From assembly GCA_964187785.1 (NCBI GenBank), contig OZ076413.1:38254001-38318000 (forward strand): a stretch of 64,000 bases of DNA, written 5' to 3'. The position numbers and the translations under genes were made by a program. This DNA comes from Amphiscolops sp. MND2022. Lineage: Eukaryota. Every line of letters begins with the position of its first letter. The first letter of the stretch is position 1. The notes beneath the pieces were generated by a model that worked only from the letters and a program-made list of their open reading frames with translations, made no database searches and was not told the DNA's origin. This document shows positions 1 through 10,400 of this stretch, piece after piece.

Positions 1-83
1 ATTGGCTACCACTTTGCGGTAAGTCGGTTCCGCTAGGGTCTCATCTGCCATCACGAAGTGCAGTATGGAAAGGGTGGGGGTAT

Positions 84-3011
84 TCACTGCCATGCGCAAG
101 ACCTGAGTGGGTACCTTAGAGCCATGACCGCGCCAAAGATTGGCCAGACTATTGGGGCAATTAGGGGCATCAAGTCCTCTGTTTCTACCAGCATAAGGGT
201 TGCCATTTGTGAAGGAAACAGGAAGACAGGGAGCTGGTTTGGTTCTCTGTTAATGGCTGGGTTCTCATCGAGAGGATGCATGATACCCGCGACATTCACC
301 CATGTTGAGTAAATCCATGCTAGAGTAGCTTCGATGTTTAGTTCCAGTTGTCTTTTTAATCGTAGAGGACCCGCTGGGTCCAAGGCGTTCAAGATTGCTT
401 GTAACCAGTTCTTTTGGTTTTGGGAGAATACCAAGTAGCTGAAGAGTGGTAGATGTCCCTTGTCGAAGATTAGTTTTTGCAGAATCCCAGAGGGTCCTTT
501 ATACACTGTGTGCATTCCGACCGCCATTAAGTAAGCTAGAATTTCACTAATGGTGGCTTTTTGCATTGCCTCCTGGTATAACCGCGTCTGTTGATCATCA
601 AGATTAAATTCGGCTTGAACAAAACTCGGGAGCCAAAAGGGGGAAATGTTATAAAGAAACACAGGAAATGGGATTTCTAGTCGCAGGGCGACTTGATTTA
701 AGGTTTCATGTAGCGCTTTGTGCCAAGTTTGATAGGTATGGCTTGGTTCTACTTCATTTTGTCTTGCTAAGCTTCTTGTCATTACTGTCAAGAGCGTCAA
801 AGTGAGAGACGCCATATCAAGTTTAGCATCAGTAGATATTGCCGCCATGGGAAATACGGTGGTGTTGGTGCGTTCTGTTTTAACTTTTTCAGTTTCTTTA
901 AAAAGAGTTAGGAGCTCTTTGTGGAATTTTGGTTCATGTGTTTTTTCGTCGAGAGTGGACTCATCCTTTCTTTCAAACCAGAGGTTATCGATTAGGTGTT
1001 TTCTCTCGTTCTCGTTCGGGTCGAACACTTTGCGTACACCGTTTTCGTCTAGGGATCGGATAGACATCTGCATTCCGTAGTCGTACGCGGTTGCTTCGTC
1101 GACCATCAATTGTGAATTGCCTCGAAATCCTGTGAATGCCTGGATGGCTTTGGACACCTCTGCCAAAAAGGCTGGATACGACGCCTCGCAGGGGCGCCAC
1201 GTGGTTACGCTAATTCTTAAATTTGGAGCAACAATGTAGAAGTGGAGGTCTCTTGCATAAGCTGCTTCAAGCACTAAATATAAAAATTGTTGCAGTGCTC
1301 TTGGGAGATAAATGTACCCGGGGGGTGAGACGAAGACTGTTGCGGTGTTCGGTTTTTTGTTTTTCATTGTAGTAACAATGTAGGACATTGTTTCTATGTA
1401 GGCCGTGACTTCGTCGGTGACGAAGCCTTCGGTAAATCGATTGCTTTGTGTATCGAAATGTCGCAATGATCCTCGCAGGGCGAGGTGATCAATCACCTTC
1501 GAATACACCAAGACTGGTGGAAGAGGTATCGTTTCTGTCCCCGCTGGCGTGAATATTTTGTCTGTTACCTCTGCCATTTCATTGAGCGTTGTGCAAGGCA
1601 TATTCATTAGTCTAACGTCCATCAAGGTGTTATTGCTATTATACGATGACTTGATGGTTGAGTCAACGAAGAGAGCAATCCTAGTTTTCTGTAGCAAATC
1701 TTTTCCCATTGGTAGTAGGGTGATGGGGTTCCTCGCGTAGTTTTTTGACTGTAGGTGGTTCTCTCCGAATCTGCCGGGTCTCTGGCGAGCGAGTCGATCG
1801 TTGGTTGTTTGGAGCGGTTGTAAGTACGTGGAGTTGCTGTTCTGCAATTCTCTCCTGAGACGCTCGAACCATGGTGGGACTCCTCCATCATTGGCGAATA
1901 TTGGTGGCTTGACTGGTCGGTTGTAAACTACTCCAATGTTGGCCTTCTCTATAGTTCGCTGAGTGGTTTGGTCCCCTCTGCTGTTAGCGCTCGCAAATTT
2001 CTGTCTTGGGGGATTTTCTTCGTCAGGCATATTTGGTATTTCGCGTTGAAGACGCAGTGCGTCTCTCGCTGTAATATCCAACTGTTTCATTTCTGCCGCA
2101 GTTAGTAACTCTCTCGTGACTTTTTGTCTCCTGGCTTCTGGTTGGCTAGGGGACTGGGCTGGAGTTCCTCTGTTTGAGTTGGTTTGCCCGTCTTGCTCTC
2201 TAGCTCTCTTCATTGCATTTAACTTATCGCGGAGATCTATTGGAGCATTTCTATCCTTTCTTTCTTTCTTTTGCTCTTCTTTTTGCCGTTCATGTAGTTT
2301 TGGATCCTTTTGGAATCCTATTAGTTTGCTGGGTTCACTTTTGGCAGGTTGAGGGTTGGAGGTGGAAGGAGTTAATTCTTCGTATGAGTCTTGAAATGTG
2401 ACTTTTCTCGTTGGGCGAGTGTTGTTGGCTTCTTCTTGTGTCACTTGATTGCATTCGATGGGATTTGCTTTCACTCCTTGCACCCCTCCCCCCTGAAAGG
2501 CAGAAGGAAGCATAAAGGCAGGAGTAGAGAGAGTGGGAGGGTTGATGCCCACAGATGCCAGAGGCATAGGTGGTGTGAGGATTGGAGGTAGCATTTGAGG
2601 CAAAGTGCAGTTGAAGGTTGTAGTCTCGGGGGGTGGAAGCTGTATCATAGTTTGAGATGGGGCAGGCTGTGTTGGGTGGAAGATTGGCTGTATTGTTGGG
2701 CGAGAAATTCTGAACGATCGTTCTTGGTCCATAGGAGGCCTGTCCGGTTCTCCGTAGAGCATATGGGAGCGATGGTCGATCAGGTTATGAGTTAAATCGT
2801 AACCATGCCAAACATCATCGCGGAAGGTAGCGGAACGCTCAAGCGGTCCAATGCTACTTGTAATGGTCAATAAGACCTCTGGGTGCGTAGCTTGCGCTTG
2901 CATCTGCGCTACAATCATGGCAAAGCCAGTGATCATGGTGGGGGTGGCCCCATCTTGTAAAGCTTGCTGGACTAAGGCTAGTTGGTCGACTCGGCCATTA
3001 ACCTCGCCCAT
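84..3011 (-). CDS. Accessory ORF3 of the giant Gypsy (975 aa as read): P/T/Q-rich and basic N-terminus, SGNH-hydrolase-like central domain (~1135-1685), hydrophobic helical C-terminal domain
   Basis: Long open ORF starting at ATG. Motif order IALFVDS / VRLMNMPC / VLVYSKVID / TVFVSPP / RPCEASYPAFLAEVSKAI follows SGNH blocks by eye. Homology to the decayed copy at 25-39 kb supports coding status. Confidence 0.8.
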   Translation of the reverse strand: MGEVNGRVDQLALVQQALQDGATPTMITGFAMIVAQMQAQATHPEVLLTITSSIGPLERSATFRDDVWHGYDLTHNLIDHRSHMLYGEPDRPPMDQERSFRISRPTIQPIFHPTQPAPSQTMIQLPPPETTTFNCTLPQMLPPILTPPMPLASVGINPPTLSTPAFMLPSAFQGGGVQGVKANPIECNQVTQEEANNTRPTRKVTFQDSYEELTPSTSNPQPAKSEPSKLIGFQKDPKLHERQKEEQKKERKDRNAPIDLRDKLNAMKRAREQDGQTNSNRGTPAQSPSQPEARRQKVTRELLTAAEMKQLDITARDALRLQREIPNMPDEENPPRQKFASANSRGDQTTQRTIEKANIGVVYNRPVKPPIFANDGGVPPWFERLRRELQNSNSTYLQPLQTTNDRLARQRPGRFGENHLQSKNYARNPITLLPMGKDLLQKTRIALFVDSTIKSSYNSNNTLMDVRLMNMPCTTLNEMAEVTDKIFTPAGTETIPLPPVLVYSKVIDHLALRGSLRHFDTQSNRFTEGFVTDEVTAYIETMSYIVTTMKNKKPNTATVFVSPPGYIYLPRALQQFLYLVLEAAYARDLHFYIVAPNLRISVTTWRPCEASYPAFLAEVSKAIQAFTGFRGNSQLMVDEATAYDYGMQMSIRSLDENGVRKVFDPNENERKHLIDNLWFERKDESTLDEKTHEPKFHKELLTLFKETEKVKTERTNTTVFPMAAISTDAKLDMASLTLTLLTVMTRSLARQNEVEPSHTYQTWHKALHETLNQVALRLEIPFPVFLYNISPFWLPSFVQAEFNLDDQQTRLYQEAMQKATISEILAYLMAVGMHTVYKGPSGILQKLIFDKGHLPLFSYLVFSQNQKNWLQAILNALDPAGPLRLKRQLELNIEATLAWIYSTWVNVAGIMHPLDENPAINREPNQLPVFLFPSQMATLMLVETEDLMPLIAPIVWPIFGAVMALRYPLRSCAWQ

Positions 3012-3475
3012 TGATTGGAGAGTGTTAGAAGAAGGAATACGAGATTAGGGATTCTGTTGGCTATTGGGAGCAGGCATGCGATTACGCGATGAAGGATCCA
3101 TTGATAGCACAGATAGGGAATAAGTGGATATGGATGAAAGAGGGTGATGGTGTGATATAGGGAGGCTGCGCAAGGGCGAAGCAACAGGACAAAACTGAAA
3201 ATCAAGTGGCACATGAACAGGGTATATTAGAAGTGGTAAGAAAGGAAAACTAAAAGTTAAAACTTAAAATGACAGAGTGAGTGTTAAAAAGTTTAGTAGT
3301 TAGGTAGAGTGCAGTCGTTTAAAAAAAAGAAGACCTCTTACGGACTATTTTGTACGTATTAAGGAAGTTAACGAGAAAAATGGGGGTGGATTTTAGAAAA
3401 CAAAAAAAAGGAGGGCGGGCCTCTGGCCCTTTAAATCATGAAAACTCAATCTGTGGGGATGTCAAATGAAGAAAT

Positions 3476-4446
3476 TTATGCAATAGAAACGTAGACTCTA
3501 TCGTGGAGTACTATCTCAAGATTTGACCCGAAGAAGTGATCCCGGAGCGTGGCGTACCAAGTTGGAAGGAGATTGATCGATCGTTCGGGGTCATAGATGG
3601 GTATGTGGACTCGGGAAATTTGGTGTTGGTGGAGTTGATGCCGAAGGTGGTTGAGGCATGCGTGTAGGGTCTCATGTAGTAGTGGGTATTTGGTGGAGGC
3701 CGGGTGTATAGGAGGAAGATTTGATTGTACCAGGGTGCCGTGTGGGAGTACTGTAAGCAAGTGGCTGTGCCAACAGAAGGTTTTAGACGGAAGATAGTTT
3801 CTTGTCCATATTCGCGAATAATATATCGAATAGTTGCTGATTGGGATTGGAGGTCTGCAGGACAGCACAATACTAATGTGCCAGAGGCTTGCAGGATATC
3901 CGTGTCGGAGTAAGTTATCCATGACACGTGGCTTGGGCGAATCTTTGGTTGTGAGATGAGCCATTTTCCAGTTTCTTCTGCGTGATTCTCCGGGGGGTTC
4001 AACATCAAGTGTGCGAAAATTGATTTGCGATCGTTCCATATTGTACGACGTAGGGGGCGGTTGCCCATATGTACGCACGACCATCTGTGCATTACGGAGA
4101 GTGCTTCCAAGGGAGAAATAGGTATTTCGGGCGTGTACGTTAAGCGGTCGAGAATGCAAATTTTCGTTTGTCTGCAGAAAACAATGGCTATTAATTGTAG
4201 CCAATGTTGGCTCAAGAATTTGCCGCGGTAAATGTCAGCTAGATGAAAACATAAGGTGTCGTTCGACTCTACGAGGGTGCGTAGGTTTTCTAGGCTTAAC
4301 AATAATGTAGTTGGTGAGACTAATGATAAGTCGTCAAGGGAAGTGACTAGAAGCCACCATCCAGTGGATGGTTGATATACATCACCTGGTGGGGAAGTGA
4401 TGTGATATTTCTGCCATAGTTGGTTTGCGGTTATGCAGCGGATCAT
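3476..4446 (-). pseudogene. Accessory ORF2 of the giant Gypsy (~323 aa if repaired) with a C-terminal TARG1/OARD1/Poa1p-like macrodomain (~3495-3925); one frameshift near 3700-3704
   Basis: Joining ORF 3511..4446 (to IFLLYTR) to the frame of ORF 3476..4204 (ASTKYPLLHETLH...NLEIVLHD) gives ITYSDTDIL...LVLCCPADL...VG...IFLLYTR...LHACLNHL...ISRVHIP...FFGSNLEIVL. This is collinear with the OARD1 pattern. Confidence 0.72.
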
Positions 4447-4469
4447 TAGGGGGTTACTGTGGGTATTAT

Positions 4470-7154
4470 CTAATTCACCAAATGAAAACGAGGGGGTAGA
4501 GGGGAAATGATTGCTGCTAGCGTGAATTCAAGTCCACCTTTTTCATGAGAAGTCCACTCTTTGAAACGATAGGTTGGGCAATCAGAGGGGGAGAATCGGT
4601 GCATTTCCTTCAGGGTGGATTCCAAGGGTGGTATGGATTCAGATTCGGTACTGGTAAAAGTTTTTTCGATTGTTAAAATGATATGTCGGACGGTTGGTGT
4701 GATATTGGAATTATGTAATTTTGTTCGTACATTGAGGATTTTGTGTTGTGGGTGGTTCGCTGTTTGTGCTAAGAGGAACTCGCAGTCCGGAATCGCCGCT
4801 CCCCGGGCCAGTCGCTGTCTTGGGGTTTCTGTTGTGACTAGCTGGACGCAACTACAGTTACGAGAACCACAGGTTCCGCACTTATATTCCGGTGCTCTGT
4901 TGGTTCGGAGTTGGTAGCGTGGCGCTTGTCTAGAATTATCATCACGTTGGGGTGAATGAGCAGGGGATGAACTCTCTGGAATATGAGGAAGAGTCATGGC
5001 TCTGTCAAGCGTTCTGGGCGCGGTTCTAGAAGAAAATCTGGTTCTTGGGCCTCTCCTGTGCCGCGTGGTGGGTTTCCGGGAAGACGTGGTGGTTTTGCTT
5101 GATGATGTGGGTAGTTGGTTTCGGCAAGCAGGGGGTCTACCTCGAGGTCGACCTCTCCTTGTGGTGGTTGTAGGCGGTGGATTTGGATTCGCGATATGGT
5201 GGTCAGGTCCGTCATTGTTTTCCAGTGGCTCAGTGGCCTGAATTGGATCAGTCGGTTCGTTGGGGTGCGTTGTTTGTTGGTTAAACAAAGGAAAGTTGCT
5301 CAAGGTGTCTGTGAGCGAGGGGTTGGAGAGTAATGGAGCTGAAGTTCCTGAAGGTGATGGTATTAAACTTTCGATGAGCGTTGGTGGCAGTATTTCATCT
5401 TGGTCGGAAAATAATGGTTCTAGATCATGGACTTCGGGGAATACTACTTGGGAGGGAGGGGTCATGGGGGAAGGTTCTGCCGCTTCGGCTTCGGAGTCTG
5501 ATTCGGATGGGTAGTCGAATTGGCTGAATCTCCTGCGTGGGACCCCTTGTCCTAGGGCAGTTCGTGTTCGTGTTTGGATGGTACGAGGGGGGACCGGTGT
5601 CGTGGGTTCCATTTCGAACGACGCCTCTGGGAGCTGTTCTGGAAGAAAGGAGTCTCTAGAGATGTCGGAGGTGATTTCTTCGTTGGTGTCTTCCACGTAT
5701 GGATCAGCAATGATAGCTACATTTTGATCTAGTCCGAATGGTTGGTAAGTGGTCCAGTCCCAGGGGGCTGGTACATGTTTCTTTAGTCTTTCGTAGTGAA
5801 CTTTTTGACCTGTGTCGAGCACGTAGAGACGTCCATCTTGTAGTACATTGGTGACCTTGTGGGGTCCGCGCCAAGCGCGTATAAGCTTGCGAGTGCCGCC
5901 TTTGGGGATTATGTGACAAAATCCCCAGACAGCATCGCCTACGGCGTGCGCTTTTGCTTTGAGGTGACGATCAATTTTTAGTTTTTGTCGAAGTTGAGCT
6001 TGATGTGTATTTCTTCGAACTAATTCGTGGATTTCTTGTTGTCTGGCCAACAGGTGTTCAACAAACTCTTCTTTGGAATCAAAGCCTCGCGCTGCGAACT
6101 CTGGGTATATGAACGAGAGTGGTATCGATTTCTCTGCGCCATGATGGAGCATGGAGGGTGAGAACCCTGTAGTGGCATGTCTGGTGGAATTGTATGCGCC
6201 CAGAACTCCATCAATGTGTTCGTCCCAGTCTTGCATTCTGCGTGAGGTGTAGACTCGGAGGAGAGTGAGCAAAGTTCGATTCTGGCGCTCAACGAGTCCA
6301 TTTCCTCTGGGATGTGCTGGGGTAGACGTAACTTTGGTGACTTGAGAGGCTTTCATTAATTCCTGGGCGATTTCAGCGGTAAAGTTAGTTGGATTATCCG
6401 ATTGCATCCTTGCAGGAGTGCCATGCCTGGCAAACCATTTGTTCAGGATTATTTTTGCCGTGGTTTGTGCGTCATATTCGTTGTGAGCGCAGGGGACAGC
6501 TTCTGCAAATTTGGTAAAATGATCTTATATTACTAAGAGACCGGTGTTGCCCGAGTCGGTCTTGCAGAGTTTCAAATGATCGAACTGAACTAGGTCGTTG
6601 AAATTGCTACTATTAATGCTCTGCAGGGGGTAGCAAGGATTTCCCGCTGGGTGTTTTGCTTGTTGGCAAGTCAAGCATTGCTTGATGTGATTTACTACGT
6701 CCCTCTTGATTCCCGGCCAAGTGGGTCGTTCTTGTATTCATGCCAGCACTTTTCCTACGCCTTGATGTCCCGATTCATCGTGTGCTCTGTACAGGATTTC
6801 GTGTTGGAAAAGTTGCGGCATGACTATCATGCATGGGCGTACGTGCAGGGCACGTTGCTGGGGAACGTAATTGACACAGAGTATGTCATCAGGGTTCAAG
6901 AATAGCAGGTCTTTCTTTTGATGGTAGTATCGTTTGGCGAAGTCTTGTACTTCATCTGGGAACATAGGTTCTTCTAATGGCTCATTTCTCATGAGTTTCT
7001 TTAGTGCCAATAGGTGTACGTCTCTGTTCTGCGCCATGTGTAGGTCTCGGAGGCCATATTTGGTTAGATGGTGTTCGTGCAATTCGGTTTCAATGGTTCT
7101 CAGAATGTCAGCTTGTTTTTGACATTCGAGAGGCAGAGTCCCTAGGGTCGGGTC
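4470..7154 (-). pseudogene. pol: Giant Gypsy pol, 3' part: connection region, integrase and ~450-aa C-terminal tail
   Basis: ORFs 6738..7181 and 4470..6407 share one frame, interrupted by TGA (6738-6740) and TAA (6525-6527). Motifs are HDESGHQG...CLTCQ, VQFDH, QSDN, GNGLVER, W-GP; the tail carries RRGRPRGRPP. Confidence 0.93.
7027..7154. repeat. 128-bp host-element segment duplicated on both sides of the nested insertion (other copy 13117-13244)
   Basis: ttctgcgccatgtg...cctagggtc(g/a)ggtc is present at both positions with one substitution (7150 vs 13240). Confidence 0.95.
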
Positions 7155-7373
7155 TGAGACACAAGCATCGACATGTGTCAATCCAAAAAGTGTCTACGAT
7201 AAACCTTGGCGAACGATGTGACACAAAACTACCTGCCAATGATCTTATGTTCTGAAGTCATGTACTTACAAGATAGATACACATACGATGATAATGTACA
7301 GTTGCTTGATACAGTCTATGTTACTTTGAGTCATTCCATTTTAATTCACTCTTTGAACTTTTTCTGACTTACA
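7155..7373 (+). repeat. 5' LTR of the nested Gypsy (219 bp)
   Basis: TGAGAC...TTACA; matches 12879-13097 apart from one G/T difference (aaaaagtgtct vs aaaaagtttct). Confidence 0.97.
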
Positions 7374-7386
7374 TGGCGCAGTCAGC
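7374..7386 (+). promoter_or_regulatory. Primer-binding site, tRNA-Ser-like
   Basis: TGGCGCAGTCAGC directly after the LTR; resembles the TGGCGCAGTC tRNA-Ser PBS of several Gypsy elements. Confidence 0.8.
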
Positions 7387-7401
7387 AATCTGATCAAAAC
7401 A

Positions 7402-10400
7402 ATGGATAACAACAACACCAATCCGAGCCTAAATGAAGGTGAGCCGAATATATCGGAACGATCATCCAGAACAAACAACACTACAACATCGTCAGAACGG
7501 ATGGAGAAAACCAAATACAAAATTCCCATACTATCAGACAGGGAAACAGACCTCACCAAAATCAATCCTAAAATGTGGTGGGAGCAGATTTCGAAATACA
7601 TCCATTTGACATATAACCGAAATCTAGAAGAAATTACCGATGAAGGGACAGAATACATGGATCCCCACACAGTCTACCACATTAAAGGTGATGTTATCTG
7701 GGCACTTGGCCCAAAGGCCAAGCATGAAATCATGAGAGGCCAATGGGGCCGTGAACTGAAAGAAGTGAATCTTCCCGAATTACTAACCCTATTCAAGAAA
7801 ACTTTCCTCCCTGCAAGAAATGTTTTTCATAGCCGGGCACAGTTCTTTAACATGAAGCAAGAAGATAACGAAACACTCGATGAATACTGGAAGAGACTCG
7901 TTGACATCGAGAGAAAGTCCGACTTCGGCAACATCACAGCAGAGGAAATTATTACATACAAATTTGCATCAACAATAAAAGACAAAAAAGCCCGTGATAA
8001 ATTCATAAGAGGCCCCCTGAAATTACAACTCGTTCTCGACACGATAGAACTCGATAATTACAACCGAAAGTACGGGGATAAGAGGCCGAAAAGCAAAAAA
8101 GCCCGGAAAGATTCATCAAACAGCTCAACATCCACCGAACTGATCGGTCATACCAACCAGCCACGGAAACGCAAAACAAATTTTACCGAAAAGAAAAAAT
8201 TTTCAAACCGGGATTGCCGCTTTTGCGGAAAACCAAACTGGTCAATGGAACATATTTGCCCGGCACGGAAGGCCCAATGCAACAATTGTAAAAAGGTGGG
8301 ACATTTTGCCAAAGTATGCAAATCCAAGACCGTCAGCCGGATAAAAGAAATGGTTTCATCGGACAGCAGTACCGAACCATGGCCGGAAATTGATCACATT
8401 CAGTCCGTCAACGGTGTGAACCGTATCGACTTTTACAAAGCAATCCTATTGGTCCACGGCCAACCAATAGAATTCATCATTGATACAGGCTCACCCGTGA
8501 CCATCATACCTCCAATTATCACACCAAAAGACATAAAGAAAACGACAAAAACTTTTGTTGACGTGAATAAAAACCCCATCAAATTCAAAAGCGAGGCGAT
8601 GGTCGAAGTGAAAACGGAAAAAAGTAAACAGACACTACCTATCCTGATCACAGAGAACAAAAACACGCAACCACTGTTGGGATTAGACTGGCTGGACAAA
8701 TTGGAAATTGGATTACAAGGCAGCAAAAAGACAAATGTGATCCGCTATGTGGAAGAAGACGATAGACGAAAAAAAATTATCAGCGAACACGAAGACTTAT
8801 TCAAAAATAACCACACCATAAAAGACCTAACGATTGACATCCAGCTGAAGGAAGATGTAAAGCCCATACAACAAAAGGGACGACCAGTTCCCATACACTT
8901 TCAAAAAAATGTCCGAGATGAACTAGAGAAACTTATCAAATCGGGACACATCGAGAAAGCGGATGAAACCACAGAAATTTGCTTCATTTCCCCCGCCGTC
9001 ATTACCATCAAAAAGGACAAGTCGGTCAAAATTGCTCTGGATTCAAGAAAACTCAACGAGGCATGCATAAAGCGAAAAACAGCAATGCCAAACATGGAGG
9101 AATTAATCAGCAAAATCTCCGCTAAAATAACTAACGGCGAAGGCGAAATCTGGATGTCTAAGATAGACCTAGATTACGCCTATGGTCAGGCAAAATTGGC
9201 AAAAGAAGCAGCCAAACACTGTGTATTTTCAATTATTGGCGGAGACTTCACTGGTCATTATCGCTTCAAGAAAGGTTTTTATGGACTATCCGACATTCCA
9301 ACGGTATTCCAGGAACACATCGACAAGGTGCTAGAATTCAAAACCCCCGTCTGGCTAGATGACATCATCTGCGTGACGAATGGAAGCATTGATGATCATG
9401 AAAAAGAATTACGAGAAGTCCTAAAGAAATTGCAAAACGCCGGATACCGAGCCAGTGAAAAGAAAACGGAATTGTTCAAAAAAGAACTAACCTGGCTCGG
9501 CTACTTTATTAATCAGAATGGCGTAAAACCAATCAAGGACAAGACGGAGGCGATCACGAAATTAGCCGCACCGAAAAACGCGAAGGAGTTAAAATCCTTC
9601 CTTGGATCGATACAACACTTGTCCAAATTCATCAATAATTTGTCAAAGAAAACCGACCGAATGAGAAGATTACTCAAAAAGGATGTCAAATGGGAGTTGA
9701 CAGCAGAAATAGACGATGATTTTGAACAATTGAAGAAAGAAATTACGGAAGCCCCGTGTTTGGCCCACTTCGACCCAAAAAGGGATAACTATATCACAAC
9801 AGACGCTTGCAACACTGGACTGGGAGCGACCCTGTGGCAGAAGGAAGGTATAGTATTCAGGCCCATAGCTTTTGCCAGCAGATTTTTAACTGATTGCGAA
9901 AGAAAATACGCAATAAATGAACTAGAGCTTTTGGGAGCCTTATGGGGATTAGAGCACTTCCGATATTACGTTTACGGTAAAAGAGTTAATTTGCTAACAG
10001 ACCACCAGGCACTACAACCGTTACTGAAAAAGAATCGGGCACATAAACAATATAGCGCACGGTTGACTCGTTGGCTGGATAGATTGAGCCATTTCGATGT
10101 TAATATTCAATACACGGCCGGCAAAAACATTCCACTTACGGATTACTTAAGCCGTCATCCGATCGTACCGACCGAAATTGCCGAATTAGAAAACAAAGCG
10201 GACGGACAAAACGAAGCGGAAGCCGACGAAGAGTTGGTCGTTAACCAAATATACGTTCTGTTTGAATTCAATCGAGAGCGAGGAAGCATAAAGCGATTCA
10301 CCGAACAACTGAACGCGAGAGAAAATTCCGACCAATCACAGCGCGACAAAATTTCATGCGAACAGAACTCAAACACTCACTTGCTTAAAACTTCACCGCC

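Noticed and set aside
84-3011. ORF3 as a retroviral-type env
   Set aside because: No N-terminal signal peptide, no clear furin site and no obvious terminal transmembrane anchor. The central motifs fit an SGNH-like fold better.
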